Source: an uncultured virus (IMG/VR IMGVR_UViG_3300035138_000088) (taxonomy: Duplodnaviria; Heunggongvirae; Uroviricota; Caudoviricetes). Taken from it: a stretch of DNA of 64,000 nucleotides. The notes beneath the pieces were generated by a model. It was not told the DNA's origin. It saw only the letters and a list, made by a program, of their open reading frames with translations, and ran no database searches. The position numbers and the translations under genes were made by a program. This document shows positions 46,706-56,736 of this stretch, piece after piece (position 1 is the stretch's first letter; every line of letters starts with the position of its first letter). Location: the IMG/VR virus record IMGVR_UViG_3300035138_000088. One strand, 5' to 3'.

Positions 46706-47743
46706 CTAATAGTAATATATTCTTAATCCTACTTTTACATTTAAAAGAACCAAATTTGCTCCGTCTGCTTGTATATTTTCTAAACGACTATTATAAGTTC
46801 CATCACCATCAACGACACCGCTTAAGTCGTTTCCGCCTATTGGAGCAACAATACCATCTCCACCGCGTTCTGCGCCGTTGTCGCTTTCTATTTGCCAATA
46901 GTTATCTGGTATCGGAACGGCTTCTTCATCGTCTACTCCCCATGAACCTGTACTTTTCTTTAGTCGAACCGATGATGCGCCATTAACAGCATTATCGCTT
47001 CCACTAGTATCTTGTAGCCCTGTAGCTATAAATAGGAATACAACTTTCCATATTGTAATTCCACTAGGCAATGTTGGAATAACTACGTTTGGTAAATCCA
47101 CATCAGTTGACGAACCCGTAATCGTTACAGATGCAACTGGGTCACTCCAAAAATCAATATAAGGAATCTTTCTATCTAACTTAGCGTTTGTAGCTGTATG
47201 TGCTGTAGTTATTGCACCCTCAACTTGGCTTTGGTCTGCTGGGTCAGAAGGAAGATTGTCAGTTTTAGCCTTTATATCTGTAACGTCAGACTGAACAGCA
47301 TCCACCTTTCCATCTGTTGTACTATGTGCAGTTGTAATAGCCGACTCAACATCTGACTGGTCGGCTGGGTCAGTTGGCAAATTATCGGTCTTGTCTTTTA
47401 TAGACTGAATTTTATCCGTTTCTGTCTTTATAGACGAAATTTTGTCTGTCTCGGTTTGAATTTCTTCTATAGCTCCACCGCCAACTTTGAAGAATTTGTA
47501 TGGATGATAAATTTGATATGTTCCAGTTACACTCCATTCTGTAGCCCAATTACCTTTAACGTTTGCCGTGATTACACAATAATACCATCCACTGCCTAAT
47601 TCACTTACAGTTCCTTCAGTTCTAGTACCACTCGGATTAATTATTACACAGGTTGGATTTAACCCAGTAACACCTAAACCAGTGTTAGAATCTTTAATGA
47701 ATACCCTGTCTGGGAATGATTCTCCTACATCTAAGTCTCCCAT
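46706..47743 (-). CDS. putative virion fibre protein with internal repeats
   Basis: IKTETDKI-type repeats and two 'KTDNLP.DPADQS.VE.AITTAH' copies. Confidence 0.6.
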   Translation of the reverse strand: MGDLDVGESFPDRVFIKDSNTGLGVTGLNPTCVIINPSGTRTEGTVSELGSGWYYCVITANVKGNWATEWSVTGTYQIYHPYKFFKVGGGAIEEIQTETDKISSIKTETDKIQSIKDKTDNLPTDPADQSDVESAITTAHSTTDGKVDAVQSDVTDIKAKTDNLPSDPADQSQVEGAITTAHTATNAKLDRKIPYIDFWSDPVASVTITGSSTDVDLPNVVIPTLPSGITIWKVVFLFIATGLQDTSGSDNAVNGASSVRLKKSTGSWGVDDEEAVPIPDNYWQIESDNGAERGGDGIVAPIGGNDLSGVVDGDGTYNSRLENIQADGANLVLLNVKVGLRIYYY

Positions 47744-47752
47744 TTAAATCAC

Positions 47753-48112
47753 CTACTCAACGTACACATAATAGCCTTCTACTTTAACTTCTCCAGCTTT
47801 TATGATGTCTCCTTTAGTTGGATTCTTTGGTACTGGGAACGAAACAGTCAATTTTACTGCTTTGTTCGGGTAGAGTCTTTCTGACCCAATTGAAATAGTC
47901 ACTCTTTCGTCGTGGAACGAGATGGATGTAACATAGAATTTGCCAACCCACTCATTTCTGACCCATACCGTAGCTTCTGCATACGTACCTTCCATAGCCG
48001 TGTTTGGAAGAGTCATTTTTTCTCCAGACAACAGAGTTATAACTGGAGCATTATCCCATTCTATCGTGTTGATTGGTTTTGTGCATTGTTCATCGGCGTA
48101 AAATTTTATCAT
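47753..48112 (-). CDS. Ig-like hypothetical structural protein
   Basis: Beta-rich; ATGA overlap with portal. Confidence 0.55.
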   Translation of the reverse strand: MIKFYADEQCTKPINTIEWDNAPVITLLSGEKMTLPNTAMEGTYAEATVWVRNEWVGKFYVTSISFHDERVTISIGSERLYPNKAVKLTVSFPVPKNPTKGDIIKAGEVKVEGYYVYVE

Positions 48113-50112
48113 TCATCTCCCCCCTCACCATCTTTTATTTCCTTGTCCAGTTTCTCTAAGATTTGCTTTTTCTTCTCTTCATTCTTAAGCTTCTTTTCGA
48201 GTAATTTTTTGCCAGTTTCTGAAGCTTCTGGCTGAATAACCTCAACCTCTACACGCTGGATTTGTATTGGTTCTTCTACAGATTCCTCTGTTTCAACGCT
48301 TTCCGTGAACTTCTTAGACTTGTCTGGCATACCTTTCTTTAATGTTTTTGGGTTTCTTGTTGAACCTACTGGTGGTGGTGATTTCTGGTTTTGTCCAGTT
48401 GGAGCTATTCTCTTAGAGACTCCAGCCATCTGGCGTTTCTTTAGTTTCAACTCTTCTTCCATCATTGTTTCCTCTAGCTTCTGTTGACGTTTCATTTCAC
48501 GTCTTATATCTCCAAATGACGGAAATTCTATTTCTCCAAAACCCATTAGTTCAGCCAACTTCATTTCAACAGCTAACTTCAATTCTGGACCTATAGGGTT
48601 AGCTACGTTAAGGGTTGATATTAATGACTTCAATTCTTCAGCTTTTTGCCATCGTCCTTCAGCATGCCATACTATCTTCGGAATGTAAATGTCGGCTTTT
48701 TCCCTCTTCTTTTCAGGTGTTCCTTGTTTGGGAACTTTGTATGTTTTACCGAATTTACACCAGAGATGTTTCTGGAATAACTGAAGTTCAATGTCTCGGC
48801 GGAGCTGTCTCTGGTTAGAACCATATTTCACTTGCCATGCAAGCCAAGCTTTGTCCCCAGCATTTGTCCTTCCGTATTCAAGAAAGTCTCGCGGGTAATT
48901 CATCCCAGCACAGATTAATCCGATAAGATAATTTAGAATATCTGTTCCTTCAAATACGTCTCCACCTATCTCCTTAACGTCGAATCCTTGCGGAACAGGT
49001 AAACCAGTCCACTTGTTCTTAATCATCATACTCAAGTATTTCATGAAGTTTGCTATGGCTTGTTTGTTCCAAGGTCGCTTGTCATTTCCACAAACGAAAA
49101 AGAATTTGCGGTCAGCCCATCTCTCGAATCCTTTACCAACAGCTTTCAGGATTGCTCGAACCTGAGTAGCTAAAGTTAACACTGGTCTTATAATTGATTG
49201 TCCCTCAAGGCTTGAACCACGAGTATTCCATGCAATATAGAATACTTGCCAAGGAAGAAGTTTAATTACGTCCTCTTCATCATTAGCCTTGTTTGGTAAT
49301 AATCCAGCTTCCCTCTTCATTGAATCAGCGAAACTTTCACCTTTCTTGTTATCAAGTTTCCAGTAGAGGAATTCTATGCTTTCCTCGTCTAGAACTGGAG
49401 TTAATCTAGAGTAGGCTCTGTCCAAAATTTTCAGTCTGGATATTCCTTTAAGTTTTCTCCATTGAGAGCTAGTTACTTCTTGAACTAACTGTACCCTCAT
49501 TTTGTTCGAGCTTTCGTCTTGGACCTGAAAATCTTCAAAATCAAAATCCTTCTCATAGATTATTTCAGCACCTATAGCTCCATAAGTCAATAAATCATCT
49601 GCGAGAATGTAAAGTATTTTATCTAAGCCACGTCTATAATAGTCAAAATAAACTTTTGAGGAAAAATTCCTTATTTCGTCACGCATTTCAAGTTTATGTT
49701 TATCTGATGGGTCGTCAGTTATAACCTCAAAACCGCTTCCAACAAGGAAAGTTTTGTGATATTCTACTCCAGCCGCTATTGGAGCAAAATTTTCCCTTAA
49801 GTCTTTGTATAATGCGGCTAACCCTTCAGGAGTTTTCATTTGTGCGTCTACTGCTTTTTGTGCGCTTCCGTCATTGTAAAACTGAAGGCTGGCTTTGCCA
49901 GTTGCTTCATCGAATGAAACAATCATGAATTCTTGGCTTAGAATATTTTCCGCTACTTCTTGAGGCTTCATATTTTCGTTTTGAGCTACCTCATTAACGT
50001 ATTGCTCGAAAGACTCTCCAAAATTTAGACCTATACTAGGTTGTATTCCACGTCTTTCTGCTTCGCTTTGAGAAATAAACTTACCCGATTCTGGGTCTTT
50101 AAATCGTGGCAT
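48109..50112 (-). CDS. probable phage portal protein
   Basis: Size and motifs 'L.YG...AEI', 'G.SIIRPV', 'I..G...P..FL', 'Q..L...IE..LF', 'P.I.W'; charged disordered tail. Confidence 0.6.
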   Translation of the reverse strand: MPRFKDPESGKFISQSEAERRGIQPSIGLNFGESFEQYVNEVAQNENMKPQEVAENILSQEFMIVSFDEATGKASLQFYNDGSAQKAVDAQMKTPEGLAALYKDLRENFAPIAAGVEYHKTFLVGSGFEVITDDPSDKHKLEMRDEIRNFSSKVYFDYYRRGLDKILYILADDLLTYGAIGAEIIYEKDFDFEDFQVQDESSNKMRVQLVQEVTSSQWRKLKGISRLKILDRAYSRLTPVLDEESIEFLYWKLDNKKGESFADSMKREAGLLPNKANDEEDVIKLLPWQVFYIAWNTRGSSLEGQSIIRPVLTLATQVRAILKAVGKGFERWADRKFFFVCGNDKRPWNKQAIANFMKYLSMMIKNKWTGLPVPQGFDVKEIGGDVFEGTDILNYLIGLICAGMNYPRDFLEYGRTNAGDKAWLAWQVKYGSNQRQLRRDIELQLFQKHLWCKFGKTYKVPKQGTPEKKREKADIYIPKIVWHAEGRWQKAEELKSLISTLNVANPIGPELKLAVEMKLAELMGFGEIEFPSFGDIRREMKRQQKLEETMMEEELKLKKRQMAGVSKRIAPTGQNQKSPPPVGSTRNPKTLKKGMPDKSKKFTESVETEESVEEPIQIQRVEVEVIQPEASETGKKLLEKKLKNEEKKKQILEKLDKEIKDGEGGDE

Positions 50113-50192
50113 CTAGATTCCCTATTATAACTAGGCATCGGTCTATATATAAGCGTTATCCCGTATGGTATCCATATGGACAAAAAATGGGG

Positions 50193-50729
50193 TTATTTTG
50201 ACTGTTTTTTCTCCAATTCTTTACGAAAATCGTCTTCTGTTGGAAGTTCAGATACATCAATTCCGAGTTCTTCAAGCAACTCTTTTGACAACTCAAGCTT
50301 TAAAAATGGACTTATTGGACTTGGAACATTTAATTTCGCTATTAATGACTCCAAATTCTCCTCTTTTATAGCTTTTGCTTTCCTAACCAAAATCATGCAT
50401 ATAACTGAGTATGCCGCCATGTCCTTGAATTTATCTTCGAGTTCTTCTACAGTCCCAGATTTGCCTTCTCCAACCATTTCATAAACTGCATCAATCTGTT
50501 TTCCCATGAGAAGCATTGCTGAACCAAGGTCTTCAGGTACATGTTCCTTAAATAATTTCTTAGCTAGTCTACCGACTCGCTCAAAGTTTCCCAAAGGATT
50601 CCCTTGAGTTGCATATTGAAAATTCTTTCTACTATGAAGTTGTTTAAGTTCTTCAACAATTTCGTAAAACATCGGGTCTCCATAGTATTGGGTTGGGTCG
50701 AATTCCAAAGTTTTTTTCTCTTCTGGCAT
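50193..50729 (-). CDS. nucleotide-modification-associated (DUF1599/Nmad1-like, all-alpha NTP-PPase-like) protein
   Basis: 'LH.RKN.QYA....PLGNF', 'ED.F.D.A.Y'. Confidence 0.55.
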   Translation of the reverse strand: MPEEKKTLEFDPTQYYGDPMFYEIVEELKQLHSRKNFQYATQGNPLGNFERVGRLAKKLFKEHVPEDLGSAMLLMGKQIDAVYEMVGEGKSGTVEELEDKFKDMAAYSVICMILVRKAKAIKEENLESLIAKLNVPSPISPFLKLELSKELLEELGIDVSELPTEDDFRKELEKKQSK

Positions 50730-50736
50730 TTTTTTG

Positions 50737-50952
50737 TCAACTCTGAATGGCATAAACGATACATACAACGCATGAAACCAATAAGAAAAGAGCACCGCAA
50801 CCAGAGAAGAAAACTAGTATTACACCAAGCAAAGTTTGCGCCGCAAACGGAGTAGTAAGTAGTCCCCAGCAATATCCGCCAACAATGTAAAACAGATAAG
50901 CAAATACTATAGCCAAAATCACGCTAAAGATTCGTATTCCTATTTTTTCCAT
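50737..50952 (-). CDS. two-TM membrane protein
   Basis: Hydrophobic segments; TATA ~50985. Confidence 0.65.
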   Translation of the reverse strand: MEKIGIRIFSVILAIVFAYLFYIVGGYCWGLLTTPFAAQTLLGVILVFFSGCGALFLLVSCVVCIVYAIQS

Positions 50953-50999
50953 ACGTTATCACTTTGGTTTATAATGCTCATGGTTCCTAATAAAGTTTT

Positions 51000-51770
51000 C
51001 TAATATTTGAACTTTATATGACCATTTACGTTACCATGTGCATCTCTGGTTACCATCCAAGGTTTATCTTTGTCAATCTCTGCATAATGACCTATCCCAT
51101 TTATGTCGCCATCGAGCCACACGTCATATCCAGCATGATGAGCTCTAATACAATAACTGAAGTCTTCTGATGCCTTCAATTTTTCTGTCCATATTACAGG
51201 ATGGAAATTCACTCGTTTATCTTGAATTATTCGTCTACTCAAGCATATGCATCCAGCAGAAGTAACGTAGACTTTTTGTAGTCCTTTACATTTAGATTTA
51301 AACCAAAGTTTATCTTTGCCTTTTCGTTTCCATTTTGAAGCCAAAAACGTTCCTTCTGGGTAACGCCTTAAATATGGAGCTCCTATTACATCTTTGTGTC
51401 TTCGCGTAATCTGGGTTACGAAGTCTGGTGGATAAATTACTATATCATCATCTATGAATATCGCATAGTTAGGATTTAGTTTTCTTGCATACTCAAGTAA
51501 AACCTGTCTGGCTATGCCGATTCCTTCGTATGGATTTCCAGCCTTTTCTATTAGGTCCTCTTTAAACCATAATCGAATCAGTTTTTTGGGACCTTTAAAG
51601 TCTTGGATAACTTGTAACGTATCATCCGTACTGTTATTTTCCAAGAAAACATATAGGTCTGGCTGTGGGTAAAGCTCAATAAGTTTTCCCAAGCAATCTC
51701 GAAGGAAAGTAGCGTTATTATATGTCGGAATTAAGAATATTACTTTGTTTTTTGTTTCCATTTTTTCCAT
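51000..51770 (-). CDS. GT-A (family 2) glycosyltransferase
   Basis: 'IPTYN', 'ENNSTDDT', 'FIDDD', 'SEDF..C'. Confidence 0.85.
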   Translation of the reverse strand: MEKMETKNKVIFLIPTYNNATFLRDCLGKLIELYPQPDLYVFLENNSTDDTLQVIQDFKGPKKLIRLWFKEDLIEKAGNPYEGIGIARQVLLEYARKLNPNYAIFIDDDIVIYPPDFVTQITRRHKDVIGAPYLRRYPEGTFLASKWKRKGKDKLWFKSKCKGLQKVYVTSAGCICLSRRIIQDKRVNFHPVIWTEKLKASEDFSYCIRAHHAGYDVWLDGDINGIGHYAEIDKDKPWMVTRDAHGNVNGHIKFKY

Positions 51771-52075
51771 CTCATTTTATCATAAATAGCATATATATCA
51801 TCAATAAGATAATTAATTTTTCTTATATCCAAAAAATTAATTACATGTAATAGTTCATGGAACAAAACATCAAACTCTTCAAATGTTGGATGATTATATC
51901 GAAGAAGTTTAGTGTTTAGGATAATTGCTACCTTACTTGTTCTTAAGTTCTTAAGACATACCCCACGCAATATTCCATTTTTATATCTTCTTTTTCTTCC
52001 TCTACTTAATTCCTCAATTCTTTTATTGTCCCACCACATCACTTCTATAATTTTACGTTTACATCCATTTTTCAA
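51740..52075 (-). CDS. small HExxH metallopeptidase-like protein
   Basis: 'VLFHELLH'; AT-rich. Confidence 0.5.
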   Translation of the reverse strand: MKNGCKRKIIEVMWWDNKRIEELSRGRKRRYKNGILRGVCLKNLRTSKVAIILNTKLLRYNHPTFEEFDVLFHELLHVINFLDIRKINYLIDDIYAIYDKMRWKKWKQKTK

Positions 52076-54602
52076 GTTTTGTTTCCCCTAATATGCTGTC
52101 ATATTCTATGCCTAATGCATCAAGCAATTGTTCAAACGTGCTTTTAAGCATTTCGTGGTATTTTGTTACTGCTACATCTTGTTTGGTCGCCCATTGTAAT
52201 GGCATAACATTTACTTCCTCTGGAATATTTTTATCTCTAAAAACGAATGTTTTGTCAACAATTTTGATGAAAGATACCACATCGCCTTTCCTCAAAACTA
52301 TTCCATCATTCATAAGCATCCGAGCCGCCTTAACATGTTGTGGAGTTGATTTTTCGTACATGTTCAAGTTTTTACCTAACGTCATATGAAATGCCATTTC
52401 TCGAAGGTCGAAGTCTCGCATCTTGATTTTTTGGTAAATGTTACGAACTACCTTTTTGACTCCCTTCTTTACTGCTTCTACTTCCTCTGGAGTTTCAGCT
52501 TTAGCAAGATATTTCTTGGTTACATTGAATGCTTCCTTGATTACTATCGGGACATGCTTCTTTTTGCCAGTCATTCCTTTAACGTCAACGTTACCATCTA
52601 TCGTAACCCCAACGTAATTTTTCTTGCGTGAACTTAAGCAGACATACCGATATTCTTTGTCAACTTCAAGGTCTAATTGTAGCTCTTTCGTGCTCCAATC
52701 TATCAAAGCTTTTACTTGTTCTGGAGTTGGCTTATGCGCGAAAACGCTGTCAGTGTCTCCATACAAGATTCTCATTCCTAAAGCTTTAGATTTTTCAATC
52801 GTTAGTTCAGTAGAGTTACGAGCTATAGATGCGATTGATTCAGCTACTGGCGGACAATACAAATCAAAGTTTACGTCACCAAATACGCCGTAGCTGGCGT
52901 TCAAAATAACCTTCATGGCTTGTTCTACTACGGCATAAAATGGGTCCTTTTTGAGTTTCTTGTAATGTTCAACACGCAAATCTCTAAGCATAGATATTAT
53001 TTCGCTTTCCATAGCGCGGACTTTTTTGCAAACCCAATGGGTTGTCTGGGGAACTTTATTTGATTTGCATTCTGGATGGTTACAGTTTATGCTTGCATAA
53101 CCGAGATTCCAGACTTTTTGGACTGTCGGATAGAGGCTTGCAAAATCAATGACTTTAACTATGAAGTGGATTCCAGCTATAGGCTCTACGACTATTGCGC
53201 CTTTGTATTTTTTGCCTTTTATCATGGCTGATGTGCATGCTTTGCCTTTAATGGTTAATATGTCTTCCTTGTTCGGTATAAGATAGTTTCGGTTTCTATG
53301 TTCATAGAATAGGACGTTACGAATCCATTGTCCTATAGCATTACGGTTCATGTCTTCCATAGTCATCGAAGCTAACCGCATAATTATCATCATAAGCCGC
53401 ATAACAAGGTCTTCGTTGTACGACGTAAGCTGTAGAGTCACGTCACCATCGCCCACGTTATATTTGGCTAATTGCGTGTAGGTCCAATCATGCATTTTGT
53501 CAGCTAAGTTTCCTTCTGGACCAATCTTGACTTTTCCTTCTCCCAATAGGGCTTTACCGATTTCATCTAGTGAAATATTTTTGTATTTTTGTTTAAAAGC
53601 GTAATTTCTTAATGAACGATTGAAGAATAGTCTATAAAGGTCTATATGGATTGAGCCAGTGATTTTAACGCATCTTCGTCCAAGCTGAATTGGAATATCA
53701 TTTTTTTCTATACCTAGTTTTACTGCTCTGTTATAGAGGTAAGTTAAGTCGAAATTATCACCGTTAAATGTTATAATGAATGGATACTCAAGGATACCAG
53801 CAAAAATCGCCAGAAGTAAATCCTTTTCGGAATCATAAAACTCTATGTTTGCATCTACGTCTTCATTTCCAACCTCAACGCCTTTACGGAGAAGTATAAG
53901 TTCCCGTCTTACTCCATTGGAACCAATGAGGCAACATGAAACCACTGGAAACTCTGCTTTGTTTGCATCTGGAACTTTCGTTCGTTTTTCACCTAACACT
54001 TCGATGTCTATAGCGACGCGCTTAAAACTTGGTATGTCATACTCAAAAAATCTTACGAATCTACTCAGATTTCCAGAATGTAATCCAATTTTCTTGATTA
54101 GTTCAGCTACTTTTTCTTCAGCTTTCTGATTTACTACCCTTTTCAGTTTTCCATTAATGAGCTTGTATGGCATTCCAACCTCTAATTTTTCATCGAAAAT
54201 ATAGCAATAAAGATACGGAATTTTAGCTTCCCAAACTTTGGCTTCTTCACCTAAATACTTAGGAATAATATCTCTTATGCTTAGGTCAGCCTTTTTATTG
54301 CCTATAAGGGAAGGGTCATCAACGATTATTTTAGTTACCATAACCTCTTTCTCTAGTAGAGCATCCCATTTCTTGATTATTCTAACTTGGGCGTTATCGA
54401 AAACTTTAGTTTTAGTTTTTAGCTCATCTAACTCTACTGGTGATACGTTAGTAAAACAATATGGTCTGTGAGACTTTTTGCTCATGATATAATAAAGTTT
54501 TTCGGTTTCTGGAGAATAAAATATTAATTTGTTTACCTTATGATGACCGTTATAGAATCCATCAACTAGATACACTTCTAGATTCTCTGGAAGCAAATTC
54601 AC
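52059..54602 (-). CDS. polB: family B DNA polymerase, archaeal PolB1-like
   Basis: Exo 'IDIEV', 'FNGDNFD'; pol 'DFASLYP', 'KVILNASYG', 'YGDTDS', 'KKNY.G', 'KGMTGKK'; 'C.H.EC..N.VP.T.HWVC' insert. Confidence 0.95.
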   Translation of the reverse strand: MNLLPENLEVYLVDGFYNGHHKVNKLIFYSPETEKLYYIMSKKSHRPYCFTNVSPVELDELKTKTKVFDNAQVRIIKKWDALLEKEVMVTKIIVDDPSLIGNKKADLSIRDIIPKYLGEEAKVWEAKIPYLYCYIFDEKLEVGMPYKLINGKLKRVVNQKAEEKVAELIKKIGLHSGNLSRFVRFFEYDIPSFKRVAIDIEVLGEKRTKVPDANKAEFPVVSCCLIGSNGVRRELILLRKGVEVGNEDVDANIEFYDSEKDLLLAIFAGILEYPFIITFNGDNFDLTYLYNRAVKLGIEKNDIPIQLGRRCVKITGSIHIDLYRLFFNRSLRNYAFKQKYKNISLDEIGKALLGEGKVKIGPEGNLADKMHDWTYTQLAKYNVGDGDVTLQLTSYNEDLVMRLMMIIMRLASMTMEDMNRNAIGQWIRNVLFYEHRNRNYLIPNKEDILTIKGKACTSAMIKGKKYKGAIVVEPIAGIHFIVKVIDFASLYPTVQKVWNLGYASINCNHPECKSNKVPQTTHWVCKKVRAMESEIISMLRDLRVEHYKKLKKDPFYAVVEQAMKVILNASYGVFGDVNFDLYCPPVAESIASIARNSTELTIEKSKALGMRILYGDTDSVFAHKPTPEQVKALIDWSTKELQLDLEVDKEYRYVCLSSRKKNYVGVTIDGNVDVKGMTGKKKHVPIVIKEAFNVTKKYLAKAETPEEVEAVKKGVKKVVRNIYQKIKMRDFDLREMAFHMTLGKNLNMYEKSTPQHVKAARMLMNDGIVLRKGDVVSFIKIVDKTFVFRDKNIPEEVNVMPLQWATKQDVAVTKYHEMLKSTFEQLLDALGIEYDSILGETKLEKWM

Positions 54603-54603
54603 A

Positions 54604-55695
54604 TTATTTTACTCCAATGTTATCCTTTATGATACCAAAGTCCAAACTAGCTCTAAGCCGCATGGTTGCAAGTTTGACCTCATATTCTTTTATGAGCTCA
54701 CTAGGATTATCGTCTATCTTTCTAATTAAGCTTTCTATGACGCTTGCCATTAGCGGGTCATTAACTTCAACGTTGTATTCTGAGAGTCCAAGCTTATCCA
54801 TAAGCATTGTATTCTTGTCAACAGTTGAAATTGAAATCGTTGGAATCTTCAAAGCTATTGGTATAACTTGTGAATGACCACGCATTCCTATAACCATCTT
54901 AGCGTAACTGTAATAATTTAATCCGTTTTTCAACATTTTATTCCAATCTAGAATTTGTACCATTTCAGGATTCCAATCAACGTAATTGAAGCACATACCA
55001 TCTGAAGGAACATGTTTTGCAAAAAAAACCTTTATTCCAATTCCAGTTAAAAAGTCAACTATATGCTTTATTTTAGCACAAAATTGTTCTGGTGGAACTT
55101 TGTTATTAGTGTATCTATGAATTATTCCGTCTCCAGATATGTTTAATATTGCATAGTCCCCTTTTATAAGCCTACTGGTTTCATCGCGTTTAACCCAATA
55201 AGCTGGGTCTGGACTTTCTCTTGGATTAAATCCAATTTCTTCAAGTTTTTCTTTTGTTCCATCAGCTCTAACACTGAAGAACCTTGAGTTTTTACGTATC
55301 TCAATTAAATTGGCTAATTGACACCGATAATCCATCTTAGCTAGGTTTGTAGAGCGGGGAGCATTATACCCTATTCCATATACAACATAAGGTACTTTCA
55401 GTTTTTTGTACCAAGATACTGGCTTAAACCACCATAAAGGAGAAGCATCCCCAAGCCAACCACCGCCGCCAATAAAGATTAAATCATAATCATCTGGATT
55501 GATTCTTTTTAATATTTCTTCAAAGGTCAAGTCTCTCTTTGGAGCATCATTATCGTAAGCCATAGTGTCTTTATCATGTATATTCTCTACTGGAATATGG
55601 AACATTTCAGCCATGATGTTTTTTGCACCCATAGCAAGCAATTTATCACCATAATTACATGTACCATATCCTAAATGGAAGTGAAATATCTTCAT
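54604..55695 (-). CDS. polysaccharide pyruvyl transferase family protein
   Basis: 'NYGD', 'IGGGG', 'GIG', 'SVR', 'PDPA', 'MRGHS'. Confidence 0.85.
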   Translation of the reverse strand: MKIFHFHLGYGTCNYGDKLLAMGAKNIMAEMFHIPVENIHDKDTMAYDNDAPKRDLTFEEILKRINPDDYDLIFIGGGGWLGDASPLWWFKPVSWYKKLKVPYVVYGIGYNAPRSTNLAKMDYRCQLANLIEIRKNSRFFSVRADGTKEKLEEIGFNPRESPDPAYWVKRDETSRLIKGDYAILNISGDGIIHRYTNNKVPPEQFCAKIKHIVDFLTGIGIKVFFAKHVPSDGMCFNYVDWNPEMVQILDWNKMLKNGLNYYSYAKMVIGMRGHSQVIPIALKIPTISISTVDKNTMLMDKLGLSEYNVEVNDPLMASVIESLIRKIDDNPSELIKEYEVKLATMRLRASLDFGIIKDNIGVK

Positions 55696-56138
55696 ATTTT
55701 TAATTTCAGCTCCAACTTCTTTCTGGGTCTATCGGTAAATTCGTTTGTTACTATAAATCCGAATCTCTCATATAAGGTTATCGCTTTCTCATTGTCCGCG
55801 TAAGTTGAAAGGTGAATTTCATTACAACCCATATTTTTGGCATATTTGATTAATTCGCACATTAACTTTGTTCCATATCCTCTGCCGACAACAGCCGATA
55901 CTATACCAAGTCTACATGTATGTTCTGTAAAGTTATAAAGATGACCAAACGCTACTATTGTATAGCCTTCTATAAGTGCAAGCTTAATTGAGCTAAAATC
56001 AGACAAGATTCCATTTACTATTTTGGTATCAAACTTTCTTCCGTAATAATGCCATAAATCTAAGGCTTTAGGAGTTAGCCATTGAAGGAAATCCAGTAAT
56101 AATCTTTCATCTTCTACCGTTAAAACTTTAATGTACAT
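55692..56138 (-). CDS. GNAT acetyltransferase
   Basis: 'GRGYGTKLM', 'N.KAI.LYERFGF'. Confidence 0.85.
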   Translation of the reverse strand: MYIKVLTVEDERLLLDFLQWLTPKALDLWHYYGRKFDTKIVNGILSDFSSIKLALIEGYTIVAFGHLYNFTEHTCRLGIVSAVVGRGYGTKLMCELIKYAKNMGCNEIHLSTYADNEKAITLYERFGFIVTNEFTDRPRKKLELKLKI

Positions 56139-56736
56139 CTTTGTTTTCTTCCTTTAAAGAAAATTCCCAGTATTTAAAGAACGTCGCCATAGCTGAAAAA
56201 TAACGATTAGAAGCTGAAGGTTTAATTGCCGTAATTAAAACTCCATCTCCCCAAAAAGCATAATTCGCTACCTTTTCGGTTACAAGCTTCTTGAGTTCGA
56301 CTATGTGGTAACCGTTTCTAAAGAATTTTTCTATACAAGCCTTAAATAGCGCAAGTGAATGAACCTCTAAAACATACTCATTTACCATAGAAAATATTTT
56401 ATCTGGAACAGTAAAGAGATGCCGTTCTCCACCGTCAAGGTCGCATTTTATCACGTCTGGCTTATCTTCTAAGATTATCTTAGAGATTTCGTTTGGAGTT
56501 TTTATGAATAGAAAAATTGGTTTCATATTCTTGAGCCATGCTGAGTTCTCAAGCAGTTTCTCGTAGCGTTCTTTGTTACCTTCTACAGCTATCACCTGAA
56601 TAGCTCCCTTCTCTAAGAAGAATTCAGCCGAACTTCCGTAATCTGCACCCAAATCTAGTACTTTCTTTCCAGCATAATCTATCAAACCATATTCCTTAGA
56701 GTAATCTTCGTCTCCAATAAACGGTTTTAATCTCAT
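56128..56736 (-). CDS. FkbM-like SAM-dependent methyltransferase
   Basis: 'VLDLGADYG', 'AVEG', 'IKCDLDGGE', 'EVH'. Confidence 0.8.
   Translation of the reverse strand: MRLKPFIGDEDYSKEYGLIDYAGKKVLDLGADYGSSAEFFLEKGAIQVIAVEGNKERYEKLLENSAWLKNMKPIFLFIKTPNEISKIILEDKPDVIKCDLDGGERHLFTVPDKIFSMVNEYVLEVHSLALFKACIEKFFRNGYHIVELKKLVTEKVANYAFWGDGVLITAIKPSASNRYFSAMATFFKYWEFSLKEENKDVH

Noticed and set aside
38307..54602. Inteins or introns in nrdJ and polB
   Set aside because: Both ORFs are continuous and of normal length, with uninterrupted catalytic motifs.
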